The position numbers and the translations under genes were made by a program. The notes beneath the pieces were generated by a model. It saw only the letters and a program-made list of their open reading frames with translations. It had not been told where the DNA came from and did no database searches. From the IMG/VR virus record IMGVR_UViG_3300025167_000005: 64,000 nt of DNA; one strand, given 5' to 3'. Origin of the DNA: an uncultured virus (IMG/VR IMGVR_UViG_3300025167_000005). Taxonomy: Duplodnaviria; Heunggongvirae; Uroviricota; Caudoviricetes. Positions 1 to 9,371 of this stretch are shown piece by piece (within the stretch, counting starts at the first letter, position 1; each line of letters opens with the position of its first letter).

Positions 1-1
1 T

Positions 2-1393
2 GCCGGAGACCTCCACCGTGGCAACTTCAAGCTGGTGTTCATCGATGAAATCCGCAACCTTCCGTCGCACATCGCCGTGGAGATGCTGACCGCCATGGAG
101 GACGGTGAGACGCCTATCAAGGCACACAGCGGCGGGGGCATGGGGAACACAGAGTCGTCCTCCATCCTTGCCGTGGCCACCCAGGACCCCGTGGAGTGCA
201 ACGTGTTGCTTATCGCCGCTGGAAACATGGACTTGCTGACCTCGCCAGAGTCCGTGCTGCGTCGGGTTCCTGCGTTCCGGGACAGGTTCCAGTACGGAGA
301 CATCATCTACTTCGACACCCACATGGACGCGACGCCGATGAACGAGGTCAAGATTGCTCAGGTGGTGACCGACGAAATCTATCGGTTTGGTCTCCGTCCA
401 ATGACCAAGGACGGATTGCGTCGGCTCGTGGAGTACATGCGTTCGAGGGCTGCGAACAACCAGCGGTTCCGGGTCATGTGGCGGTTTGCCATCAAAGCTA
501 TCATCAAGGCGCACGAGCTTGCCCTGGAGAACGGAAGTCCCATGATTGGTGTAGAAGAGATGGACCAGGCCATCAACGTGTTCTGTCGGTCCATCGAGCA
601 GCAGGCACTGGAGGAATACCTGATAAACAGGCGGCCTTTCAGCATTGTTCCGTCCGTGGACCATCCCGAGGTAGGTGTGGTCAAGGGCCTCGCGGTCATC
701 GGTTCTGTGAACAACGAGCCTGGTGCCGGGGTGATGGGGGTTGTTGTGGCCAATACGTACCCCGTAGACGACCTCAAGTTGGGTGACTTCGTGGTCACTG
801 GGGTCACCAAGGCACAGGAATCCTGGGTCCAGGACAGCATTCGCACCGTGCGAACGGCAATCCGACGGCTCTACGGCGTGGATATCGCCAAGCAGTATTA
901 CACCCAAATCCAGTTCGCCCAGACCAAGGATGTCGAGGGGCCGAGTGCTGGGGTCACGATGACGCTGGCCTTGATGTCGTTGCTTGGGGACCCGAGACTG
1001 TCCAAAGAACGGAGGAAGCCGATTCCCATCCGTCAGGACGTTGCGGTGACGGGGACCATAGAGCTGATTCCTTCTGCCGACTCTGAGAAGAGTGGAGACA
1101 TCCGCGTTGGAGCCATCGGAGGCGTTGCGGAGAAGGTGCAGGGAGCCGCAGACGCGGGATGCAGATTTGTCGTTGTCCCGATGGAGAACTTCGAGCACTC
1201 TCTCACTCAGGAGAGATATCCTGCTCGCGTTTTTGGCGCTGACAGCGTGCTCGGATACTTTGACCTCGTCCGCGACGATAACAAGCTCATCGAGGGGCTT
1301 CTCTCCACTGGAACAGATGGAGGGATGACGGAAGAGGACGTGAGGATATGGGCCGAACGGGCTGAGAGGAGGAAGGGCGATGCCAGACTTTGA
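2..1393 (+). CDS. lonB: Archaeal-type Lon (LonB-like) ATP-dependent protease, 5' partial
   Basis: Frame is open from the window edge: AGDLHRGNFKLVFIDEI (Walker B region). S16 catalytic dyad in VEGPSAG (Ser) and IGGVAEKV (Lys). Confidence 0.9.
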   Translation, partial: AGDLHRGNFKLVFIDEIRNLPSHIAVEMLTAMEDGETPIKAHSGGGMGNTESSSILAVATQDPVECNVLLIAAGNMDLLTSPESVLRRVPAFRDRFQYGDIIYFDTHMDATPMNEVKIAQVVTDEIYRFGLRPMTKDGLRRLVEYMRSRAANNQRFRVMWRFAIKAIIKAHELALENGSPMIGVEEMDQAINVFCRSIEQQALEEYLINRRPFSIVPSVDHPEVGVVKGLAVIGSVNNEPGAGVMGVVVANTYPVDDLKLGDFVVTGVTKAQESWVQDSIRTVRTAIRRLYGVDIAKQYYTQIQFAQTKDVEGPSAGVTMTLALMSLLGDPRLSKERRKPIPIRQDVAVTGTIELIPSADSEKSGDIRVGAIGGVAEKVQGAADAGCRFVVVPMENFEHSLTQERYPARVFGADSVLGYFDLVRDDNKLIEGLLSTGTDGGMTEEDVRIWAERAERRKGDARL

Positions 1394-1658
1394 GATATTC
1401 GCGTTTTTCATCTTCCTTGTCTTGTCGTTTCTTGTCGTTTCGGTCATCGTCTTCATTCTGAGAAAGGCCAAGAAGTTCATCCAGCACGTCATTTGGATGC
1501 GTCGCCGGGCCGGTGGCACCCTGGCCGAGGATGCCGAGGCGCATGCCTGGGCTAAGCTTATTGACAGGCCGGACTATCGTCCGGTCTGGAGATGGTACTA
1601 CGCGGAAAAGTGGAAAGACAAGTGGCCACCGCAGGGCGGGCAAGATGGCCCATCGTAA
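1380..1658 (+). CDS. Small membrane protein
   Basis: N-terminal hydrophobic helix; overlaps the lon stop. Confidence 0.6.
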   Translation: MPDFEIFAFFIFLVLSFLVVSVIVFILRKAKKFIQHVIWMRRRAGGTLAEDAEAHAWAKLIDRPDYRPVWRWYYAEKWKDKWPPQGGQDGPS

Positions 1659-2280
1659 GCCTCGCCGCGAGGAAAGGGCCTCTGCGGGGGTTGGCGCGAG
1701 GAAACGGTATCGCGCACCGATAGCTTTCTCTGCACTGACTGCGGCCATCGTGGTGTTTTCAGCTATCGCGTTCCAGGCGCCCCCAGTCTACGTGGCCTGC
1801 ATTGAGACGCCGTTCCAGAAGGTCCAGGACATCAGTTGGCAGTTGTATATCCAGGTCGGTGAGAGGAGCGGCCAGCTCAATATCTCGTTCATCCGGCTTC
1901 CTGAGGGGTTGGGCGTCAAGGCATCTTGTCGATGGCCCATCTACGTAACGGGGAACCCGGGGGACCGGGGGGCATATTACACCATGGTACAGGTAGAATC
2001 GCCCTATGACTATTCCTATACTCTCGGGGACTTCTTCAAGATGTGGGGAGCCTGGTACGGTTATCCGGCTCCGGTATACTTTGAGCAGGACGGGGTCAGC
2101 TTCTACAGGAACACCACGGTATCTCTTCTGGTGCACAGGGGCTGGGCAGACCCGTTCAACAATACCTATGAGTTCACCTTCGAGAACCTGGGCTACGGGC
2201 GCTACGTGCCTTCCAATGGGGACTGGGTAGAACTTATCATCCATGACCCTTACACGACGTTTTCCACCCCTCACTATTAA
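1645..2280 (+). CDS. Membrane-anchored hypothetical protein
   Basis: ATG at 1645, basic N-terminus, one TM helix, then VESP..YTLGDFFKMWG. Confidence 0.65.
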   Translation: MAHRKPRREERASAGVGARKRYRAPIAFSALTAAIVVFSAIAFQAPPVYVACIETPFQKVQDISWQLYIQVGERSGQLNISFIRLPEGLGVKASCRWPIYVTGNPGDRGAYYTMVQVESPYDYSYTLGDFFKMWGAWYGYPAPVYFEQDGVSFYRNTTVSLLVHRGWADPFNNTYEFTFENLGYGRYVPSNGDWVELIIHDPYTTFSTPHY

Positions 2281-2307
2281 ATACGTCCGCCCCCATGAGA
2301 GAGTGAC

Positions 2308-4638
2308 ATGGTCAAGGTCTATCACGTAGATTGGACGAAGGTGGCCGAGCAGCCTAAGGCAAGGTTGTGGGTAGCTACTGATGAGGGGAAGAGGTTGCCA
2401 CCCGTTGTCGTGGACCTTCCGGTGTCTCCCTACTTCTTTGCGAACGCTGAGGAGGCCAAGCGGTTGCCACCGGGGTCCGCAGCGCTGGAGCCTGGGTTCA
2501 TTGGTCCGGACGGGGCTCCTGCGGTCAGGGTGGTGGTAGACTCTCCCGACCTCATACAGGACCTGAGCGCGTTTCTCGGTGAAGACAAGTCGTTCGAGGC
2601 GGACGTGCCTTACGCCCGCAGGGTGTTGATGGACTCTGGGTTGGAGTTGTCTCTTCCGAGCTATATCCATGTGGACATTGAGACGGACCCATCCGGTGGC
2701 GTCCCGGACGAGAAGCTGGCGGAGAAGCGGATTCTTTCCATCGCCGCGAAGGATGACCGTGGAAAGGAGTTCTTCTTCTGTGATGAAGACGAGAGCAAGA
2801 TGATTTCTCAGTTTCTTCTACTCGTGGACCGCTACCCCGTCGTGGCTACATTCAATGGGAACCACTTTGATTGGCCGTATCTCGTCAACCGGTGTAAGCG
2901 GCTCGGCATCGAATATTGGTGGGATGCCCACATCCACGTAGACCTTCTCGCCGTCTACAAGTTCGTTCTCCAGGTCCGCCAGGACCGGTATGCCCTGGGG
3001 TATCTTGCCGAGAAAGAGGAACTCTCGGTACGGAAGCGCACCATCGATATCTCCAAGCTTCTCTGGTATTTCATTAACGACAGGGATACTCTCCGAGAGT
3101 ACAATTTGGATGATGTGCGCGTGACCTTTGAATTGGACCATAAGCGTCACATGGTCGAGATTGTATTCAACATCGCCAACATCAGTCACGTCCCGGTTAA
3201 AGATTTGTTGCGAGTGCATGAGGAGAGCCACAAGGAATATAACACGTCTGCTGCTGTGGACGGCATGGTTCTCGGTCTGTCGGCGCAGCAGTCCCCCCGC
3301 GTGCTGTGGAGGACTAAGAAGTACGACAAGGAGAAGAAGTGTGAAATCTGCGGCGAAAAAATTCCTTCGGTACGTCGCGGAAAGCGACGCATATCGCCGA
3401 CCGCGTGTCCAGCGTGCCATACTCCAGTAGACGATGACTATTCTGGTGCTCTGGTCATTTCTCCTATTCCCGGGGTGCATCGCAACGTCATCATGCTCGA
3501 CGTTCATTCACTGTATCCCACCATCATCCGGTCGTTCAACATTGGCCCGGAGACTTTCCGACCGGATGGTTCCGGAGACATCCGGTCTCCCGTTGGACGG
3601 GGAACTTTCGTCTCGACTCCGAAGAGCATTTTCTCCAGGGCACTGGAGCAGGTCATGGCGGTTCGTGCCGAGTACAAGAAGGCGATGAAGGCCTTGGACC
3701 CTTCGACGCAGGCGTGGAAGGAAGCGTTTTCCATGGACTATGCTTATAAGGTCCTGGCTAATGCGTTCTACGGAGTGATTGGAAGCAAGTTTGGCAGATA
3801 CTATAACAAGGACGTGGCCGAGAACATCACGCTGACTGGGCAGAACGCGCTTCAGTTTTTCAAACAGTCTCTGGAAGGACTTGGAATGGTGGTAGTCCTT
3901 GGAGATACGGACAGTGTGGCCTTCTGGGTCCAGGACGAGCTGTTCACGGTTTCTTTTGCGGAGGAGATAGCACATCGGCTTACTGACATGGCCAAGGACC
4001 ACTTTCAGGAGCTTTCCGGGGTGCGTCCGGACCTCCTTCGTCTGGAGCCCGACAAGCTATGCTCTTCCATGTTCATCCCGAAGTCCGAGAAGACCGGAGG
4101 GACGAAGAAAAGGTATGCGGCCCTGGTTACCTGGGACGGTGTTCCTACATTTCACCAGATGGTCAAGGGGTTTGAGGCGGCTCGTCACGACAGCAGCGAC
4201 GCTCAGAAGGACTTTCAGAAGCAGGGCCTGATGATTCGGCTCGCCGGGGATGAGAGCGGGGCTTCCGGGTTCCTTGAAGACTGGCGCCAGAGGCTGTTGA
4301 AAGGGGAACTCGATGAGCGTATCGTCATCTACAAGTCTCTGGGCAAGGCCCCGGACGAGTACAAGGTCATGACACCCTTTCTCAGAGTAGGCAAGCAACT
4401 GGAGGCCGATGGGCGGGCTGTCCTACATCGTGGCGACAAGATAGCCTATATCAAGTTCGGCTCGAAACCTGAGAATGTGGTCGGAGTCCTGCCCGGGGAA
4501 AATCCCGTGTTGACTCCGGAAATGTATGAGTACATCTGGGAGGCACAGTTTCTACGGATTGCCGGGCGGCTCGGGTTGGTTCCTGAAGGTTTAAGTAGTT
4601 CCGCCCCCAAGGAGAAGACGCATGATGAGTCCGCGTGA
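2308..4638 (+). CDS. polB: Family B DNA polymerase with a Zn-ribbon insertion
   Basis: ExoI DIET, ExoII FNGNHFDWPYL, ExoIII YNLDD; polymerase motifs DVHSLYP, KVLANAFYG, GDTDS, KKRYA. Confidence 0.95.
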   Translation: MVKVYHVDWTKVAEQPKARLWVATDEGKRLPPVVVDLPVSPYFFANAEEAKRLPPGSAALEPGFIGPDGAPAVRVVVDSPDLIQDLSAFLGEDKSFEADVPYARRVLMDSGLELSLPSYIHVDIETDPSGGVPDEKLAEKRILSIAAKDDRGKEFFFCDEDESKMISQFLLLVDRYPVVATFNGNHFDWPYLVNRCKRLGIEYWWDAHIHVDLLAVYKFVLQVRQDRYALGYLAEKEELSVRKRTIDISKLLWYFINDRDTLREYNLDDVRVTFELDHKRHMVEIVFNIANISHVPVKDLLRVHEESHKEYNTSAAVDGMVLGLSAQQSPRVLWRTKKYDKEKKCEICGEKIPSVRRGKRRISPTACPACHTPVDDDYSGALVISPIPGVHRNVIMLDVHSLYPTIIRSFNIGPETFRPDGSGDIRSPVGRGTFVSTPKSIFSRALEQVMAVRAEYKKAMKALDPSTQAWKEAFSMDYAYKVLANAFYGVIGSKFGRYYNKDVAENITLTGQNALQFFKQSLEGLGMVVVLGDTDSVAFWVQDELFTVSFAEEIAHRLTDMAKDHFQELSGVRPDLLRLEPDKLCSSMFIPKSEKTGGTKKRYAALVTWDGVPTFHQMVKGFEAARHDSSDAQKDFQKQGLMIRLAGDESGASGFLEDWRQRLLKGELDERIVIYKSLGKAPDEYKVMTPFLRVGKQLEADGRAVLHRGDKIAYIKFGSKPENVVGVLPGENPVLTPEMYEYIWEAQFLRIAGRLGLVPEGLSSSAPKEKTHDESA

Positions 4639-4759
4639 ATGGGAGCGTCTTCAGATTCAGGATGGCCAGGTTCAGAAAGTGCGACAGAGGATTGTAGAGC
4701 TGCTTAGAACGCTTCCAAGAGCCGAGACCTCTGCTTTCCTGAGAGAGAAACATGATTGA
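4622..4759 (+). CDS. Small hypothetical protein (45 aa)
   Basis: MMSPREWERLQ...; fills the gap between polB and the next gene, overlapping both. Confidence 0.4.
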   Translation: MMSPREWERLQIQDGQVQKVRQRIVELLRTLPRAETSAFLREKHD

Positions 4760-4979
4760 CCTGGCAACTGCTGCGGTCATCGTCTGGACAGTGTTTACGG
4801 GGGTAGCAACTGCATATTACTACTGGAAAAGGTTGGGAATCGAGGAGACGCGCTCCGTGTCTCTTGAGGAGCAGAAGGGGACTCTTCAAAGGTACTATGA
4901 CCAGCGTCTTAGCGTGGAGAAAGCGAAGCTCGATGTGGAGACGAAGAAGCTGGACTTGCGTAAGAGGAATGGGCAATGA
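4752..4979 (+). CDS. Small membrane protein with coiled-coil-like tail
   Basis: N-terminal TM helix; ATGA overlap with the next gene. Confidence 0.6.
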   Translation: MIDLATAAVIVWTVFTGVATAYYYWKRLGIEETRSVSLEEQKGTLQRYYDQRLSVEKAKLDVETKKLDLRKRNGQ

Positions 4980-5368
4980 GCTTCTGGGACTTGGTTCTTG
5001 CTGGGGCGAACATTCTTGCCATCTTTGCGCTTCTTCCCGGACTGGTGGGAAGTATTCGCAAGCGACAGGGATTCTCGGTCGTTACCTGCGGGTCCTTCGG
5101 CATTCTGCTCGCCGTGATGGCGGTCGCTGTGTGGAATCTCGGAGCGCCCATATCAACGGCGGCCCTCCTGGTTCAGTCCACGCTCTGGGGTGTCCTCCTG
5201 GTCTATACGCTCCGGCTGAAGGTCGAGATGCAAGAAGAGGCGGCCGAGAGGGAAATCCGGGATATGTTACCTCTTAAGACGTGTGACCGTTGCGAGTGCG
5301 AGCTGCCGTCTGGTCGTCGTGGGCTTTGCCATTCCTGTCTCTCGCTCGCCGAGGTGACAGAGCGATGA
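4976..5368 (+). CDS. Three-TM membrane protein with C-terminal CxxC..CxxC
   Basis: Three hydrophobic segments; CDRCEC..CHSC. Confidence 0.65.
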   Translation: MSFWDLVLAGANILAIFALLPGLVGSIRKRQGFSVVTCGSFGILLAVMAVAVWNLGAPISTAALLVQSTLWGVLLVYTLRLKVEMQEEAAEREIRDMLPLKTCDRCECELPSGRRGLCHSCLSLAEVTER

Positions 5369-5952
5369 CGATGCGCGTGGCAGTTGACTTCGATGACACG
5401 CTTTGTGAGACTCAGCCCATGCTGGTGGCGCTGACCAATTTCAAGCATGGGACCTCGCACACTCCAGAGAGCATTTCTTCCTGGGACTGGTGGAGAACCC
5501 AGGGGTCTGAGCTGGAGAAGACGTTCTGGGACATGTACAATCTGTTCGATTCGACTCACCTTCGCAGAGCCTTTCCTCCGGTTCCGTTCGCCACGGAAAC
5601 GGTCAAGGAGCTGATACGTCGTGGAAACGAAGTCGCTGTCGTCACCATGAACAAGTCGGAGGCGTTGAAGTCGATTCGGTCCTGGCTTTGGGCACATGGA
5701 CTGGAAGAGATTCCAATCCGGTGTCTCCAGAGAAAGTCTCCCACTGAGAAACTCCGGCTGCGCTACGACATCTTCATCGACGACAGCCCCAAGCTCATCG
5801 AGGCCATGCGCCATGCGCCGACGCGGCGGTTGATATTGCTCCAGCGTCCGTGGAATGCCAGCGTCGATGCCCAGGCGAAGAACATCTTTAGAGCCCGAGA
5901 CTGGCGCGAGGTCTACGACATCCTGAAGAGGCTCGGAGCGGACCTGCCATGA
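5365..5952 (+). CDS. HAD-family 5'(3')-deoxyribonucleotidase-like protein (untagged copy)
   Basis: VAVDFDDTL motif I, VVT motif II, DIFIDDSP, RPWN. Confidence 0.85.
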   Translation: MTMRVAVDFDDTLCETQPMLVALTNFKHGTSHTPESISSWDWWRTQGSELEKTFWDMYNLFDSTHLRRAFPPVPFATETVKELIRRGNEVAVVTMNKSEALKSIRSWLWAHGLEEIPIRCLQRKSPTEKLRLRYDIFIDDSPKLIEAMRHAPTRRLILLQRPWNASVDAQAKNIFRARDWREVYDILKRLGADLP

Positions 5953-6491
5953 CCGTCATCATTGCGCTTAGCGGGAAAAAGAGAGCGGGCAAGAACAGCG
6001 TATATTTCTTGCTTAAGTTGCTCCTCGACGAGGACGATGCCGGTGTGGTGGCCAGGGTTGGCTTTGCCGACGCTCTCAAGGAGATGGCCTGCCACAAGGG
6101 GTGGGATGGCTCGAAGACTGGAGCCGGACGCAAGTTGCTTCAGGACTTGGGGATGTCCAAGCGAAAGGAGGACCTCGACTTCTGGGTCAAGAAGGCCATG
6201 GAAGCCATCGATGACATGACCGAAGGAGATTTTCCGCGGGTTGTTGTGGTGACAGACACGCGCTTTCCGAACGAGGTCGAGGCACTGAAGAAGCGTGGTG
6301 CTCTCTTGTGGCGCATCCGTCGTCCCGCAAAGGAGACTTCGGTTCGAGACCTGCATCCTTCGGAGACCGCACTTGATGACTATAGGGATTGGGACGCCAT
6401 CCTTGTAGCCAATGACCTTGCCGAACTGCTTGAACAGGTTAAGGTGAATCTCTCCAGGCTGGGGCTCTATGAGGGTGAAACTTCAGCATGA
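5949..6491 (+). CDS. Deoxynucleoside monophosphate kinase-like P-loop kinase
   Basis: SGKKRAGKN P-loop, FADALKE, RKLLQDLG, DTRFPNE, HPSE. Confidence 0.85.
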   Translation: MTVIIALSGKKRAGKNSVYFLLKLLLDEDDAGVVARVGFADALKEMACHKGWDGSKTGAGRKLLQDLGMSKRKEDLDFWVKKAMEAIDDMTEGDFPRVVVVTDTRFPNEVEALKKRGALLWRIRRPAKETSVRDLHPSETALDDYRDWDAILVANDLAELLEQVKVNLSRLGLYEGETSA

Positions 6492-6870
6492 GGTGGACCA
6501 TTGTTATGGTCCGTTTGGGTATCTTCCCAGAAGTCACAGAAAGCGTCTTCTTGGAGAAACGACCTTTCCAAACCGTCAACTTGTCAAGGTCCGTATAGAC
6601 TTTGGTGTAAACTGGTTCGTGTCCAAGAAGGCGGCCAAGCTGTGGAAGAAGAACTCCTTCGAGACCTTTCTTGATGGTCTCATTATGGTGACACTACACG
6701 AGTTTTATCATGCTTTCGAGCCTCTCTATACGCGGTATAGGAAGGCGGAGAGGGGAGCGGACCTTTTTGCCTACTACGGTCTTATGACCAGAAAGAGAAA
6801 GGGAGAAGGCAGTCTGGCGAAGGCAGTCTGGCTGTGTTCGTTTAGAACCAGACGCCGTATTTCTTCTTGA
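6469..6870 (+). CDS. Putative HExxH zinc metallopeptidase
   Basis: TLHEFYHA followed by AERGADLFA. Confidence 0.55.
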   Translation: MRVKLQHEVDHCYGPFGYLPRSHRKRLLGETTFPNRQLVKVRIDFGVNWFVSKKAAKLWKKNSFETFLDGLIMVTLHEFYHAFEPLYTRYRKAERGADLFAYYGLMTRKRKGEGSLAKAVWLCSFRTRRRISS

Positions 6871-7210
6871 GGGCCCGAAGGTTCTCTTTGGCGTCCCGGA
6901 AGTCTACGGCAGACTTCTGGACGGAGACCTTTGCCTCGGCGATGTTTGCCTTGGACTCGTCGATGACCTGCCTCAGTTCGACGCGCTTGTGACGCAGGTC
7001 TTCTCCCGCGTCCTTCAGCTTGGCTTTGGAGGCTTGCAGAGACTCTTTCTTGCCGGGCTGGTCTCCAGGGGCGACAAACCGTGGCTGTCGGCCTCCCGCG
7101 GGCTTGGGCGGCGTGGTCACGAACGAATAGGGGGACCGGAAGCCTGGTTCTTCCTCCGTCGCCGTGCGACGAAGGTATCTGCGCACGGGCACTGCTTTGT
7201 TGCCGGTCAT
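6842..7210 (-). CDS. Basic coiled-coil protein with N-terminal Arg tag
   Basis: MTGNKAVPVRRYLRR; ATGA overlap with the upstream ORF. Confidence 0.7.
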   Translation of the reverse strand: MTGNKAVPVRRYLRRTATEEEPGFRSPYSFVTTPPKPAGGRQPRFVAPGDQPGKKESLQASKAKLKDAGEDLRHKRVELRQVIDESKANIAEAKVSVQKSAVDFRDAKENLRALKKKYGVWF

Positions 7211-7377
7211 GAGGTCGTCATGTCCTTGGGCAACCAGCCTACTTTCTTGGCCCACTTCCGAAGACCTCGTTTCAGTTGCGGAGGAGTCTTCCTGGATTCA
7301 AGCGACTTAAGGACTCCTTCCTTGCGTTCGGCTTTGGTGAGGACGTGGCGTCTGCGGACGTAACGACGGACGTACAT
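7207..7377 (-). CDS. Small basic protein (56 aa) with N-terminal Arg tag
   Basis: MYVRRYVRRRHVLTKAERK..., not in the ORF track; TATA CTTTAAATAC about 25 nt upstream. Confidence 0.65.
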   Translation of the reverse strand: MYVRRYVRRRHVLTKAERKEGVLKSLESRKTPPQLKRGLRKWAKKVGWLPKDMTTS

Positions 7378-7400
7378 CTGTCTGAATTTTGCTTAACGCA

Positions 7401-7457
7401 GTATTTAAAGGTTATCTCTGACCTTGCTTCGACCCGAACTGGCAACCTTTATATTTC
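7401..7457. promoter_or_regulatory. Divergent archaeal TATA promoters
   Basis: CTTTAAATAC on the minus strand (7401-7410) and CCTTTATATT on the plus strand (about 7447-7456), each 25-30 nt upstream of a start codon. Confidence 0.65.
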
Positions 7458-7480
7458 TGTTGCTCCACATAGAGATAGAC

Positions 7481-8554
7481 ATGCGTGTAGTTCAGCTTGT
7501 TCCTGCCAGAGCCGTGGACGATTACAACACTCGACAAGAGGCCGAGGCTCTCGCCGAGGCGGGACACGAAGTCACTGTCATCGGTCCCGCGCGTCACCAG
7601 CAAGAGTTCGAGCGCAGTGGGGTCCTGTACCGGCTTCTCAAGGTACGCGGGCTGACTCGGGCGGGACGGGCTTTGGAGTTCCAGAAGTTGTCCAGGCGAG
7701 AGACTCTCAAGTTCGTGCCCGATGTCGTGTCGTGCCGCGACCTGGACACATTGGCCGCAGGAGTCTGGGTCAAGCGGGCTATGGCCTGCCCGCTCATCTA
7801 CGACATGCACGAGGTCTTTTCCTGGATGGTAAATCTTCCCCTGGTGTCGCCGGTCATCGACCGTCATGAGCGCAAACTGCTGTCCGAGGTGGACCTTGCC
7901 GTTGTCTGCAACGAGAAGTCTGCCGAATGGCTTTGGCACTATGGAACTGGGAAGTTGCCCACTTACATTGTCCGGAACTGTCGTAACCCCGACCCCGTCT
8001 GGCAGCCGCCACGGGGCGAAGGCAATTTGTGGTATATGGGTACGCTTCACGACAGCAGGTTTGTTCCGGAGATGGTTAGAGCTATGGACCGCATCGATGG
8101 CCACCTTTACATTGCTGCGCCGAAGACGGAGAGCGTATGGTGGAACTGGTTGTCCTCGCATCCGTCCGACAGGATTACCTTCTGCGGGACCTTGCCCTAC
8201 GAGTCGTGCCGCGAGCTGCTTCGGTCCTCGGACCTGGCCATCATGATGGGGGACCCAAGGGTGCGCATCAACACGCTTGGTCCATACAACCGGCTCTACG
8301 ATGCCATGGCCGTGGGGCGTCCATCTATAGGGACTGCGGGGACATCGAATGGGGACCTGATTTCAGAACTCGAAATAGGGCTGCCTTTGCCTTACCATAT
8401 TGATGATTATACCCTTGGAGTGACCGCCTTGCTTACCCAGAAAAACAGGCTGATGAGGCTCGGGAAGAACGCCTATGAGGCCTGCAAGGCGGTGTACAAT
8501 TGGGATGTCCAAGCCAGGGTCCTGAAAGAGGCCTACGCGAGGCTTGAGGCATGA
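7481..8554 (+). CDS. Glycosyltransferase, GT4 (GT-B) family
   Basis: MRVVQL start, ALAEAGHEVTVI, LIYDMHE, NRLYDAMAVGRP, YNWD. Confidence 0.9.
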   Translation: MRVVQLVPARAVDDYNTRQEAEALAEAGHEVTVIGPARHQQEFERSGVLYRLLKVRGLTRAGRALEFQKLSRRETLKFVPDVVSCRDLDTLAAGVWVKRAMACPLIYDMHEVFSWMVNLPLVSPVIDRHERKLLSEVDLAVVCNEKSAEWLWHYGTGKLPTYIVRNCRNPDPVWQPPRGEGNLWYMGTLHDSRFVPEMVRAMDRIDGHLYIAAPKTESVWWNWLSSHPSDRITFCGTLPYESCRELLRSSDLAIMMGDPRVRINTLGPYNRLYDAMAVGRPSIGTAGTSNGDLISELEIGLPLPYHIDDYTLGVTALLTQKNRLMRLGKNAYEACKAVYNWDVQARVLKEAYARLEA

Positions 8555-9306
8555 GAGAAGGTCCGCTGCTGTCGGTCATCATTCCGGTGTACAACGGGGC
8601 CCCATTTATCCAGCATGCTTTGAACAGTCTCAGAAATCAGACATTCCAGAACTGGGAGTGCTTCGTCGTTGATGACGGGTCTACGGATGACACGGTAGCC
8701 ATTGTGCGCCATCTTGGCAGTCTTGATGACAGAATTGTTCTGGTGCCGTCTACCGGAAAGAATGAAGGCGCTGGAGCTGCTTTCAATCGGGGGCTGCTTG
8801 CTACCAGAGGAAACTACATAGCCTATCTTGCCGCGGATGACTGGTGGCATCCATGGATGGCAGATGATGCCGCGGAGTGTTTGGAAAAGACGCCAGGGGC
8901 ATTTGGAGTCTACACAGATTTTCAGACCGCTGGAATGGACGGGTTCAAGAGGATTCGCCTTCCGGATTTCGACAAGAAGCTCCTCTGGAGACGTTGTTAC
9001 ATTAACCTGTCTGCCGTGGTCTTTCGGTTTGACGTTGCGATTCCACTGTTTCACCCAACTTCCGGAGCCGCTGACTGGGACTTCCTCCTGAAGACCATGG
9101 ACCTGTACGATGGCTACGTGCATCTCCCACGAGCATTGTCCTATCGTAGGGTCCACCCCGGACAGTTGAGCGTGGCGCGGTCCGGGAAGGTCTGGCTGGA
9201 TTCGCTGAAGGTGCTTTGGAACAACTCTCCGTCCTATGCCCTGGGCACTACCCGGGTTCTCCGCCGTGTGGCGGAGAAAGTGATGGTGGGACTTGTCGGA
9301 GCATAA
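8551..9306 (+). CDS. Glycosyltransferase, GT2 (GT-A) family
   Basis: SVIIPVYN, VVDDGSTD, AFNRGL, YLAADD, DWDF. Confidence 0.92.
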   Translation: MREGPLLSVIIPVYNGAPFIQHALNSLRNQTFQNWECFVVDDGSTDDTVAIVRHLGSLDDRIVLVPSTGKNEGAGAAFNRGLLATRGNYIAYLAADDWWHPWMADDAAECLEKTPGAFGVYTDFQTAGMDGFKRIRLPDFDKKLLWRRCYINLSAVVFRFDVAIPLFHPTSGAADWDFLLKTMDLYDGYVHLPRALSYRRVHPGQLSVARSGKVWLDSLKVLWNNSPSYALGTTRVLRRVAEKVMVGLVGA

Positions 9307-9371
9307 TCAGTAGCAGTTCGGCATAGCGCCCCCGTTACCTTTATATAGTGTCCTGGCACGTCTACTTGCGA

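Noticed and set aside
3325..3440. Intein in PolB
   Set aside because: Too short, with no C/S start plus HN end splice motifs.
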